Shown: positions 25,100 to 37,600 of the stretch, piece after piece
Layout: every line of letters starts with the position of its first letter
How positions within the stretch are numbered: position 1 is the stretch's first letter
Source: the human T2T-CHM13v2.0 reference genome, Homo sapiens
Reading direction: 5' to 3' (one strand)
Length of the DNA stretch: 64,000 bases
Assembly (NCBI RefSeq): GCF_009914755.1
Contig: NC_060936.1
Position numbers and translations under genes: made by a program
Notes under the pieces: generated by a model
Told to the model about the DNA's origin: nothing
Seen by the model: the letters and a program-made list of their open reading frames with translations, nothing else
Databases searched by the model: none

Positions 25100-27201
25100 C
25101 CTGGACTGGGTAATTAATAAAGGAAAGAGGTTAAATGGCTCACAGTTCCACATGGCTGGGGAGGCCTCAGGAAACTTATATTCATGGCGGAAGGTGAAGC
25201 GGAAGCAAGGGCCTTTTTCACAAGGTGGCAGGAAAAAAAGGGGGAGAATGGGGTACCTGCTAAACATTAATAAAACCATCAAATCTTGTGAGAACTCACT
25301 CACTATCATGAGAACAGCATGGGGGAAAACTGTCCACATGATCTGATCACCTCCCACCAGGTCCCTCCTTCCACACGTGGGGATTATGGGGATTATAAAT
25401 TGAGATGAGATTTGACTGGGGACACAGCTAAACCATACAACAGAGTTATTTGTTGCATTAAAATTTGAGAAATATTGCATTAAAGGACTATAAGAGTGAA
25501 ACCACACATATTACTCTATGTACACAGAATTATGTTCGAAGAATTTAAATAGTGTATGATATATACTAGCTTAAAATGTATAAAATGTAATTTATGATTT
25601 CAATTAATGAGCAGAATTTAGCCACCATGATTACTATAAATTAGATACAAGGTTTTCTGGATAGTCAGCAATTCAAGGCTTGTGATCAGTGTCTTGGGAT
25701 TTAGCAAACATTAACTCCCTAGATCAACGTAGTTGGAAAAGCAATTGACATTGCTGCAGCAAAGTATCCAAAAAGGTGGAATCATCTAAGTCCTAATTTT
25801 GGGCATGGTCAAAGGTAAGATGGCATTGAAACACTCAGCAACCATGTAGAAAGTGACTTTCTTCAGGAAGTATTAAATAGAGGAACTGAAAAAATGAGGA
25901 GGGAAATTTTCAGGATTAAAAAGCATCACCTACTGACATAAAATGTTTTAAATCTGCTATCTCCCTTAACACACATGAGAAAACCTGGGCAACAGCCAAA
26001 TACTATTAGGAGAGAAGGGAGAAGTGTCTTGATACTATGGATATTCCCAGGACCTGTCTCTGGGATGTGAAATTTCCTTCTGATCCACAAATGTAGATGC
26101 CCAATGATCATAACAGGACTATCAGATATTAAGAGAAATTAAGGCTGCAAACTAGCTGTAACTGACCAAATTCAGCACAGATAAGCCTTTTGTTTATCAC
26201 CACCATAATCTACTTTAATGTTGTTTAATTTGAATGCTTTTTAGGTAGATCATTAAATGGTCAATTTAAAAAACTCAACCATCTCTCTGTTCATATAGTT
26301 ATATTTGTGTCCCTGGTCTCTCTGGGAATTTGAGTTTGCAACTCCTGCAATTGTCGAGACTATGGAAATCAGAAACTCTAGACTTTAATTTATTTTAACG
26401 ACTTTATTTATAATACTGTACTTTGCGGGTTGTTTTGTAGACATTATCCCTGAGAGAGCTTTAAGTACTGGATCTAAATTGCTGTTCTGTACAGTATGAA
26501 AATCAGAAGGTTTGCAAATATTTACATTCCAATAACCTTACGAGCACAATAAAAGAAAGCCTTGATGGATATATGGCCAGCGGAGCAAAGTTCCTATTGA
26601 AGTTCAATCAATATATGCTCCCTTTAAAAAAAATTACTATTGTAGTTTCTCTTTAATGTTGACTGAGAAGGAAGGAGCAGGTGGCTCTCTAGATGTTCAC
26701 TGCTGAGTTATTCTGTTCACTCCCGCAAATGTAACATTTAACTGTGAAGCTTTTTTTAACCCGAACATTGATTTTTATAATATATGTGCAATGTTTGTTA
26801 TGGAGAGTGTATTTGGCTCCCTTAAATTGTAAATATATTTGTTATCCAAGCTTAAATGTCCTCCCTTAAACTGTAAATGAGTGCACCAGCCATGTGATAA
26901 TTAATTCACTACTCAGTGGGGTCTCTGTTCATCATCAACATTGGCTTGCTACCATAGCTCTAGAAAAAATATTAAAGCTGCTTCTGATTAATCCGATCCA
27001 AACACAAGTAGCCTCATTGTTCTCCAGGATTTTGGGAAGAATTAGAAAGAGATGCATCTAGATAAGCCTCCTCCAGAAAAGAAGATTTGAAAAGGAAAGG
27101 GGTAATCCAGTAGTGCTGGAAGCTATTGTTGTTATATTTCCTAAGGCTCCCTCATCTTGTGATGAAGGAATTGTCTCTGTAATCTTTTTTTTCTCTACCA
27201 G

Positions 27202-27338
27202 GATTGGTGCAGATGGTACCTGATGCTGTGACCCTAGCAAAGATTCATCGCCATTCTGGACTGATAGGACCATTGAAAGAAAATACAATTAAAAAGTGGT
27301 TCAGTCAGCACAACCACTTAAAGGCAGATTATGAAAAG
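27202..27338 (+). CDS. PIK3C2G: PIK3C2G exon (hinge): (G)LVQMVPDAVTLAKIHRHSGLIGPLKENTIKKWFSQHNHLKADYEK
   Basis: tttttctctaccag acceptor; 137 nt; completes the split Gly codon from the previous exon; donor AAG|gtttgt. Confidence 0.95.
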
Positions 27339-29212
27339 GTTTGTCCTGTTGCAGATCATTTTAAATAATGTACTTAAATAAGAATATGCTCTGGTTCATT
27401 AGATATTCTGATTTGTAGAAAAGTAAATTAAGTGCACTTTGAGTTCTAATTCAATCAGCCCAGTAATTAATTAATCAGCCCAGTTTAAATGATATATTAA
27501 CTACATAAAAGTTTCTGCATTTTATTTAGTTTCTGGGTGAAATTCCTGGTTATCAATAAAGATTTTTTTTTGCTCAGCTGCCATCCTGACATCAATCTTA
27601 CACCAGAAACAATAACCCTTGAAATTACCTCATTTAAGTAATCTACAACTTCTATAAATATCCCTTCTTTTCTTTGCAATACATTTCTTCTGCCATTCCC
27701 CACTTTTTCGTCTCCCATTTTCTTAATGGTTTGCAAAATGCAAAACAGAGTTTATGTATGTCATAATTTTACCAAATGTACTGTTTTATTTGACTGCAAA
27801 CACTTTTTCTCAATGTTTACTTCATTCTGGTATCTGGCTTGCAGTGTACAGTTGTGCAGGTTCTGCCCTGTATTAGGGATCTTGGCTAAGGAGATGAGTG
27901 TGGCTAGAACCAGTCCTTGGTCCACTTGCCAAGCTATGATCTAGTACAGCTGGGTCCACCCAGAGGAAGGAGCACCTAAATGCTAATTCATGCAAAAAAT
28001 GCACCATTAGATTTGCTTGGTACTATCCTGTGCACTGAAATCCCCTTATTTTGAGAAATTCCTCAAACCTGGGTAAACTGGGATGATTGGTCACCCTACC
28101 TATGATAAAAAGGCCATGATAAAATAGACCCCAGAGTTCATCTATTCCACACTTCCATAACATTGTGTTGGAGCAAAATACAAGCTTTACAGGCCAAATA
28201 ATAAATAATTAGATAAAATTACCTTGAAGTCTACTTTTTAGCTGTTCCCAAAATTATAACTTCAGTTTTGCATTAATCCTTGTGGTTACGTTATTTCCAA
28301 ATACATCGCTCTTCACAACCACCATTTGAAGGATATGTTTTATTATTTTCACTTTCTAAGTGAAGAACATTTGGATTGACAAATTAAGTGACTTGCTTAG
28401 GCATGTAGGAAACCTAGAACTAAGGCACCCTAGCATGTAGCCTGGTGACCTAGCCTTCACTACATCAAGGCAGCCCCTCCATGCTAGGAGACCCATAACC
28501 TTATCCCAACCAGTCATTCCTGGTTACACCACCAAGTTGATGAAATGATGTATACCCAGGAGATCATTTTGGACGCAAAGTGTATTTTTGGAAAGAAACA
28601 TCTGCTCATTAGAGAAACATAAACACAAATTGACTTAATGATAATCTGCTTCCACCCACACAGGCATTCACTGATATATATGTACTATACCAAACAGCTT
28701 CAGACATCAACTACATTGATGACCTATTTGTAAAAATACACATAAAATGTTACAGATTTCTCAGTATAGCTTTCTCTGTATTCCAAAATTTCAAATATTC
28801 AACCATTGATATTTTAAAATTCCTCTGGGAATAGGCAATATTGGGGCGTATTGTTCCTCCTTTTACTTTGAAAAAAAATCATTCAATATTGTATATTTGA
28901 GGTATCAAAAAATGACACTAGGAAACCTCTCTAGTGAACCAATGAAAATTAGCTCCATCTGAATGAAAGAAATATTTTCCGCAGTTTCAGTGAAAACATT
29001 CATCTATTAGGCTAAAGAACAGTTGTTTCATATTCTTCTGTAGCAGATCAAGAATCAGCTGCTTAACTGTACCCTCCTGTCCACTGAGATGTAGAAATTT
29101 TTCCTGATTATGTAATTTTGCTTATCATTTACTTTTTATGATTACCTCTGATGCTAATGCATTTGCTCATTTTTTGTTGTTATTTTTGCATGATTGTTTT
29201 TCAATGAATTAG

Positions 29213-29382
29213 GCCTTGAGGAACTTTTTCTACTCCTGTGCTGGCTGGTGTGTGGTAACATTCATCCTGGGAGTATGTGACCGTCACAATGATAATATCA
29301 TGCTGACAAAGTCGGGCCACATGTTTCATATTGACTTTGGAAAATTCTTAGGTCATGCACAAACATTTGGAGGGATAAAAAG
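29213..29382 (+). CDS. PIK3C2G: PIK3C2G exon (catalytic loop, DFG, activation loop): [56 protein letters not shown](R)
   Basis: attag acceptor; 170 nt; DRHNDN and HIDFG motifs; donor AAG|gtcagt; overlaps supplied ORF 29216..29410. Confidence 0.97.
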
Positions 29383-29794
29383 GTCAGTGCACAAATGTTT
29401 ATTACAGTAATTAAGCAGTGTCCTAAGCAATATGTATAACATGTAATTGCATAGAAACCCTGCTGATGACTTGCTCCCATCTCTCAAATCCCCCCAGGTA
29501 ATATAAACATGATAATATATCTAATAAGATTGAAGAAAAGTTTTAAAGTAGATTTTTAATGCAACAAATTTGATTTCCTCAAATTGGTAGTAGACTAAAC
29601 TGGTCTTCCCCCATGAGAAGCAGCTAATCCTGTTTTAGTCTGTCATTTGAAGTAATATTGTTTGTTTCCTTATGAACCTTGAATGGACAATGAGGTATGA
29701 ATTGATGATCTCAAAACATCTGCTATATTGCTCATAGCAAATCATCACTGGTCTACACATATTAATACTAGCTTACTTCCCACACTGAACTAGC

Positions 29795-30650
29795 CATACA
29801 TCATTCCACAGATATTTAGGGAATACCTACTATTCAAGGATATAACAGTAAACAAGACAGACACAAACCCTGATCTCTTTCTAGTAGGGGTGACAGACAT
29901 TAAACAAGTTTACAAGCTAAGAAATGACTTGAGAAAATGAGAAGTTATTTTAGAAAACTAAGGCAGAGAAATGGAATAGAAAGTAACTGGAGTGGGGATA
30001 CTATTTTAAAGAGGCATCTCGGAAGACATGACAAAGAGCTGTGTCCTTATGACCACCTCATGGAGATCCATGAGAAGAGAATTCCAGGAAGAAACAACAG
30101 CACATACAATAGCAGTGAGCACAGAAATGAGCATGGCATGTTCCAGTGACAAGAAGACCTGGAGTCTGGAGATGGGATGGAGAGGGGCGGGCAGTAGGAG
30201 GTAAGGGTGAAGAGTTTGGTGGAGGCCCAATCAGGTAGGGCACAGAGGGCATATAGAGTGTGGCTTTTATTTTTTAAGTTCAGGAGAAACTTTTCAATTT
30301 TAGTGGTTTTCAAAAGCTTTCTTTGATACCTTGTGTAATGGAGACCAGTGAAGAGACTACTGCAATAAAGTGAGACCAGTAAAGGTAGAAGTAGTAAAAA
30401 CCGACAGATTCAGAATATATTTTGAAGACAGAGCCACAGGATCTGCTAATTGATTGGACGTTGGCTGTGATTAATGAACTGGAGGAGGGGCACAGAAGGT
30501 CAGAGAAGAAAACATTCAAGGATGATGCCTAGATTGTTTTATCTTAGCAAATGACTGAATAATTATATTATTTACTGAAATAAGGAATACTGATAGATGA
30601 ATAGGTTTTGTTTCATTTTCTTTAAGCCGAAAGTAAGGAAATCAGAAGTT
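29795..30650 (-). mobile_element. LINE-2 3' fragment
   Basis: cattccacagatatttagggaatacctact...aacaagacagacacaaaccctg...gattcagaatatattttgaagacagagcc; boundaries approximate. Confidence 0.7.
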
Positions 30651-30768
30651 GAACACTAAAAGTCTTTAAAAATATATTTTATATGAAGGTAGAAATAGGA
30701 TCAAGCCATTCCAAAGACTAATTAGTCACTTTCGCCTGAGAACAGCCCCTCAATATAAGAAATAATAA

Positions 30769-31249
<481 letters not shown>

Positions 31250-32552
31250 TTCATTCGCTTCTTAAATGTCCACTGGGAATGGTCTGTGTGCCAAGGACTG
31301 TGATAAACATTGGAGATACAAAGATAATTAATATGCATTTACCATGAAAGTTAGGGATACTCTTTCAAGTACTGTGAATACAGACACATAAATGATTATT
31401 ATAAAATGTTATAAGGGCAGAGATAGAGAAATGTACAGACCATGAGAATGTCATAGAGGAGGGATACCTAGCTTATGAGGGACAAATGTCAATTAACATA
31501 CTTGAGTGTATATAAAATTTATTCATGTAACAGTTTTTTCCTGAACTCTATCTACCTTTTTCTAAAAATTCAAAGATTCAGTTTGGACATCTTTTTTTTT
31601 AATTTTGATGTTTTGTACACTGGCAATTTGGAGTACCCTTATTCATTTATTGCACTGGCTTCTGTATTGTTCATGTGAGTGGTTTAAAATGAAAAAAGAT
31701 ATTTCAGCTCTACAGAAAAAGTTCCAGTTGGCAGACATAAAAAAGTAAAGAAAAGATTATTAAAACAGTATGGTAAGTTCATATACCACGGTCTGTAGAG
31801 AATATCAAGCTCCAGTTTAGCTGCTTGTTGATGCTACAGCAGCTACTGCTACTTCTAGAGTTTGGCAATTTTAAACCTTTCTTAAGCAGTATCATAGGTC
31901 AATTAAAAATGTGCCCAGCATACAGCCACACTCATAATCGGTTCTTAATATTTTCTGCTGAATTAAGCAGCCAATAAACCAATCATCAACCATTCAATAA
32001 TTATTGATAGGATGAATGAAAATGAAGTTGCCACTGTCTTCCTTTGAGAATATTAGTTATTAACCACCAGCTAAGGAGGCCAACTGCAGCTCCATGAGCC
32101 ATATGGATTATTGTTTCTAAGATTTTATGTCCGCTGGTGGCTCCCATAAGGCTCATTGGCAGTGTCTCCTTGGATTACTTTCTCAATGCTGATACATTTG
32201 CTCTAAGTTTGTTTAATGGTAAAACTGAACCATACCTATTACACTATCTTTTGAATTGTAGGAAGCATCTAATATTTCTCCTCCTAAGCTCTTTCAGTTT
32301 CTGGAATTCACAGAACGTTGTTTTCTAGGACAGCTAACTTCTTCCATACTAGGTTCATTGTTTGTTCTTATTGTTTTTTAGGTACACAAAAGTCCTTTTA
32401 CAAGTCTTATAGGTCCTATAAGTAGGACCTTTGTATTCCCCTAGGATAAATGAAAGTGCTTATTTGTCCCACATTTATTATGTTATGGACCCCCTTTGTA
32501 GAGAGAAACCTAGCCCACACCTAGTTTCTGTACACATACTCAGATGTATTAA

Positions 32553-32682
32553 CCCACTTATGCTGGAGGTTGCAAATTTTTTTTGTGAAAAATCAGACCT
32601 TAGCAATGACCTTGAGCAGTAGGATATAAATAACTCCTACAAGCTTAGCGTTCCAGTAATGGAACACTAGACATAAATGAGT
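32553..32682 (-). mobile_element. MER85 piggyBac (PGBD3-derived) MITE
   Basis: TTAA at 32549-32552 and 32683-32686; terminal inverted repeats cccacttatgc / acataaatgag; internal gaccttgagcagtaggatataaataactcc; palindrome GTTCCA-gtaa-TGGAAC. Confidence 0.9.
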
Positions 32683-32950
32683 TTAATAACACCCCCCATA
32701 ATATACAAAACCAGATTTATAAATCATGCCCTAGGACTGTCATAATGTCTCATAGTCTGACAAGATCATAAAATGCTCCAATACCAAACAACAATAACCC
32801 TAGGTCATAGTCTTTAATTAAAATGCTGCACCCACTGGAAGCATAGAGTTTATATGTACAGATACACGTGTTTCTTCTATTGTCTATTTCTTAAAAACAT
32901 GGAAGGGAAAAGCATTTGTATAACTTTTTATGGTTTACACAATATTATTA

Positions 32951-33266
32951 TTATTATTATTGCTTTTTTATTTTTATTTATTTATTTTTTGAGATGGAGT
33001 CTCGCTCTGTCACCGAGGCTGGAGTGCAGTGGCACAATCTCAGCTCACTGAAATCTCCACCTCCCTGGTTCAAGCAATTCCCCTGCCTCAGCCTCCTGAG
33101 TAGCTGTAATTACATGCCACCACGCCTGGCTAATTTTTTTTGTATTTTAGTAGAGACAGGGTTTCACTCTGTTGGCCAGACTGGTCTCGAACTCCCGACC
33201 TCAGGCAATTCGCCCGCCTCGGCCTCTCAAAGTGCTGAGATTACAGGCGTGAGCCACTGCACCCAG
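32951..33266 (-). mobile_element. Alu (AluS) with (ATT)n/(TTTA)n tail
   Basis: Full dimer; TSD ttacacaatattatta (32935-32950) / ttacaaaatattgtta (33267-33282). Confidence 0.93.
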
Positions 33267-33899
33267 TTACAAAATATTGTTAACATATATTAACTAATTC
33301 ATTGTGTATTAACTAACACAGCAAAGAGGTGATATAAGAAGGATCTTGAGAAAAAAACATTTCTCACTGGGCTGCTGCCCTTTATACTCATGCTTACATC
33401 ACCATTCCGGAACATCTCACACTAAGCATCTGTGTTACTCTCTTTAGGATATGTTACAGACATTGAGCTCTCCTGGCTCTTAAATTAAATTGAGTCAGCA
33501 AAGCCACTCTCTCATTTGGAATCTATGCTCAGGTGTCCCTGAACAATTCCTCTGAATTCAGTTCTCCAGGAATCTGGAAATTCTATTTCGACACTCAGAC
33601 CAACTCTGAGGCTCCCATAAACTTTCAAACTTCTAAGAGAGAAAAATTAAATCTTAGTTATGATTATGAAGGATTTCACATCCTGCATATAAACAAATGA
33701 TCCCTTCTTATTGGCTTTAGCTGTGAGACTAGATAAAGAGAATTTATACCATCAGATTAAATCAAAGAACAACTGAGGTATTACTTAATGATTCTGGGGA
33801 AAATTTGGCTAATCTTTATAATGGAAACAATAAGGAATTTCTCCAGCTCTCTGAAACCAGTTGGTTTTTCTTTTGAACTATTGCCTAATTATTATCTTC

Positions 33900-34186
33900 T
33901 TTTTTGGGGGACATGGTCTCACTCTGTCACCAAGGCTGGAGTGCAGTGGCACAATCATGGCTCACTGCAGCCTTTACCTCCCTGGACTCAGGCGATCCTC
34001 CCACCTCAGCCTCCCAAGTAGCTGGGACCAGAGGCATGCACCACCAAACCCAGCTAACTTTTTTATTGTTTTGTAGAGATAGGGTCTCACCATGTTGCCC
34101 AGGCTGGTCTTCAACTCCTAGGCTCAAACAATTTGGACCTCGGCCCAAAATGCTGGAATTATAGGCATGTGCCACAGTGCCCGACC
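33900..34186 (-). mobile_element. Alu (AluJ-like)
   Basis: atcatggctcactgcagcc and ggctcaa J-type features; flanked by tatcttc on both sides. Confidence 0.9.
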
Positions 34187-34609
34187 TATCTTCATTTTTT
34201 AATTTTCTTTCACCGATACAAATTAAAGTGGCCAACAAATTGTGCATCCACAATTTTGCACTCAATTCCACTGTAACAATGATTTCTACAGAGTGATTTT
34301 TCATTACATAAAAGATTTCACTGTAGTAATAAACTCAAAATTTCAACTCAATAATTTCTTGATAATTACATGCTCTCATAAAGCAGGAGAAATTGAGAAA
34401 AACATTTATTACTGATGTTTGTTGCTCTCCTAGCTCTTTATTTCATACTTTTATTTTTTAGACTAGACAGTGTTTTCATATTCTATATGGCCTTTCGCTT
34501 TGCTGATGCTAGCCTTGCATTAAGTGTTTTTTGTAGCTTTCTTTCTAGATAATTTTAAAGGGCAATATGACCAGTGTTTAAGGTCAGGTACACTGGAGAC
34601 AGACTATGT

Positions 34610-37600
34610 GTTTTTGTTTTGTTTTTATTTTTATTTTTGAAAAAGTTATTATTTATGTTATTTATGATTGACAGATCATAGTTGTTTGCATTTATGGGAT
34701 ACAATGTGACGAAATCAAACTCGTTAACACAGCCACCACCTTGCTTACCTATCACTTTTTTATGGTGAGACATTTGAAATTTACTCTATTATTTTTACAT
34801 TTATAATACATTACTATTGACTGTAGTCAACTGATGGACAATAGATCTAAAAGTCTATTCCTACTGTCTATCTGAAACTTTATACTCTTTGATCAATAGC
34901 TCCCATTCCCCCCAACTCCTCACTCCCTAAGACTCTGATAATCACCATTCTACTCCTACAAATTAAACTTTATTAGATTTCACATGTATGTGAGATCATG
35001 TGATTTTTTCTGTGGTTGGCTTATTTCACTTAGCATAATGCTCCCTGGATTCATTCATGTTGTCATAAATGACAGAATTTCCCCTCTTTTAAAACTAAAT
35101 AGTATTTCATTGTGTGTACGTACTACATTTTCTTAATCTCTTCATCCATTGATGGACATTTATTTGTTTCCATATCTTGGCTATTGTGAACAATACTGCA
35201 AAGAATATGACAGTGAAGACATTCTTGCAACATATTGATTTCCATTCTTTTGAAGAAATACCCAGGAGCGAGATTATTCGGTCATACGGTAGTTCTATTT
35301 TTAGTTTCTAGAGGAAAGTGGATGCTGTTTTCCATAATTGCTGTACTAATTTATGTTCCCACAAACATTGCATAATTTCCCTTTTTTTAAACCCTCCCCA
35401 ACACTTAATCTTTCATGTTTTTGATAAATCCATTCTAACAGATGTGAGGTGGTTTCTCAGTGTGGCTCTAATCGCATTTCCTTGATAATTAGTGATGCCT
35501 AACAGTTTATGTACTTATTGGCCATTTATATGTCTTCTTTTGAGAAATGTCTATTTAGGTTCTTTGCTTATTTTTTTAATGTTTATTTGTTTTCTTGCTA
35601 TTAAGTTATTTGAGTTTCTTATATATTTTGGATACTAACCCATTATCAGACAAATGGTTTGCAAACATTTTCTCAGATTCTATGGGCCATCTCTTCAGTT
35701 TGCTAATTGTTTCCTTTACTGAGTAGAAGTGTTTTAGTTTGATGCCTTCCATTTGTCTATTTTTGCTTTTGTTGCATGTGCTTTTGGGGTCTTATCCAAA
35801 AAAAATTGCTGAGACCAATGTCATGGAGATTTCCCCTTATGTCTTCTTCTAGCAGTTTTATAGTTTCAAGTCTTATATTTAAGTAATTTCTCCATTTTGA
35901 GCTATTTTTTGTGGTTGATGTAAGCTAAGTTCCTAATTTTATTCTTCATGTGAATATCCAGTTTATCAAACACAATTTATTGAAAGACTGTCTTCTTTCC
36001 ATCATGTGTTCTTGGCACCTTTGTCAAAAACAAGTTGACCATAAATGCATGGGTTTATTTCTGGGTTTTCTATCTTGTTCCCGTTTGTTCAATGTATCTA
36101 TTTTTATGCCAGGACCATGCTGTTTTGATTACAATCACTTTATAATATGTCTTGAAGTTGGGTAGTGTGATTCCTCTAGCTTTGTTCTTTTTGCTCAAGA
36201 TTGTTTTGGCTGCTTGGGATCTTTTGTGGTTCCATGATAAGGATTGTTTGTCCATTTGTGTGAAAAAAAAATGACATCTGGTTTTTATAGGAATTGCACT
36301 GAATCTGTAGATTGCTTTGGGTAATACGGACATTTTAAAAATATTAATTCTTCCAATCCAAGAACACAGAAAATCTTTTAAGTTTTTTTCAGTTTCTTTC
36401 ATCCGTGTTTTACAGTGTTCACTATACAAGTCCTTTACTTCCTTGGTTAAATTTGCACCTAAGTATTTGATTTTTTGTTGCCCCCATAAATGGGATTTTC
36501 TTAATTTTTTTCCAGATAGTTCATTATTAGTATATAGAAATGCTACTGATTTTTGTATGTTTGTTTTGTGTCTTGCAACTTTAGTGAATTCCTTTATCAG
36601 TTCTAACAGTTCTTTAGTGGAGTCTTCAGGATTTTCTATATATATCATGTCACCAGCAAATAGAAACAATTTCACTTCTTCCTTTCCTATTAGGATGCCT
36701 TCAATTTTCTTTTTGTCTTGCCTAACTGCTCTGGCAACTTCCAGTACTATGCTGAAAAGAAGTGGTAAGAATGGGCATCCTTGTCCTGTCTCTGATCTTA
36801 GAGGAAAAGCTTTCAACTTTTCACCATTGAGAATAAAATTAGCTATGAGTTTGTCATATATGGCCTTTATTGTCCTGAGGTACATATCCTTTATACTTAA
36901 TCTGTGGAGAGTTTTTATCATGAAGGTATGTTACATTTTGTCACGTGATTTTTCTGCATCCAGTGAGATGATGATGTTATTTTTATCCTTCATTTTGTAA
37001 ATTTAGTGTATCACATTTATTAATCTGGGTATGTTGAACCATCCTTGGATCCCAGGGTAAATCCCTCTGGACCATGGTGAATGATTCTTTTAATGTGTTC
37101 TGGAATTCAGCTTTCTAATAATATTTTCTTGAGTATTTTTGCATCTACGTTAATTAGAAATATTGGCCTGTAATTTTCTTTTCTTGTAGTGTGCTTTTCT
37201 GGGTTTGATATCAAGATAATGCTAGTCTTATAAAATGAGTTTGAAAGAATTTCTTCTATTTCATTTTTGTGGAAGAGTTTGAAAAGAATTGGTATTCTTT
37301 TTTTTTTATGTTTGATAGAATTCAGGAGTAAAGCTGTCCAGTTGTGGGCTTTTCTTTGATGAGAGACTTTTTATTACTGATCCAATCTCCTTACTCATTA
37401 TTGGGCTATTCAGATTTTCTGCTGCTTTCTGATTCAGTCTTGGTAGATTGTATGTGTCTAGGAATTTATCCAATTCTTCAAGGTTATCCAATTTTTTGGC
37501 ATATAATTGCTCATCCCATTTTTTAATGATCCTTTCTATTACAGTGGCATCAGTTATAATGTCTCCTCTTTCACTTTTGATTCGTTTATTTGAATAGTCT

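Larger units (their letters stand above)
23850..25440 (-). mobile_element. THE1 (THE1D-like) MaLR LTR, split by LTR12
   Basis: atattagtgcgttttcacactgctataaatacctg, then the insert, then gactgggtaattaataaaggaaagagg...ggaggcctcaggaaactt...gggacacagctaaaccata. Confidence 0.85.
23722..25476. mobile_element. MER5A DNA transposon split by the nested THE1/LTR12 insertion
   Basis: Left part (tcacctaggaacttgttagaaatgcagaatctcaggcc...cattttaacaa) stops at ~23849; the right part (gcattaaaatttgagaaatattgc) resumes after 25440. Confidence 0.7.

Noticed and set aside
36070-36921. 283 aa reverse-transcriptase ORF (and the antisense 227 aa ORF 36317..37000)
   Set aside because: It is a decayed L1 ORF2 fragment with catalytic FADD mutated to FAGD. 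The antisense ORF is the usual L1 shadow frame.
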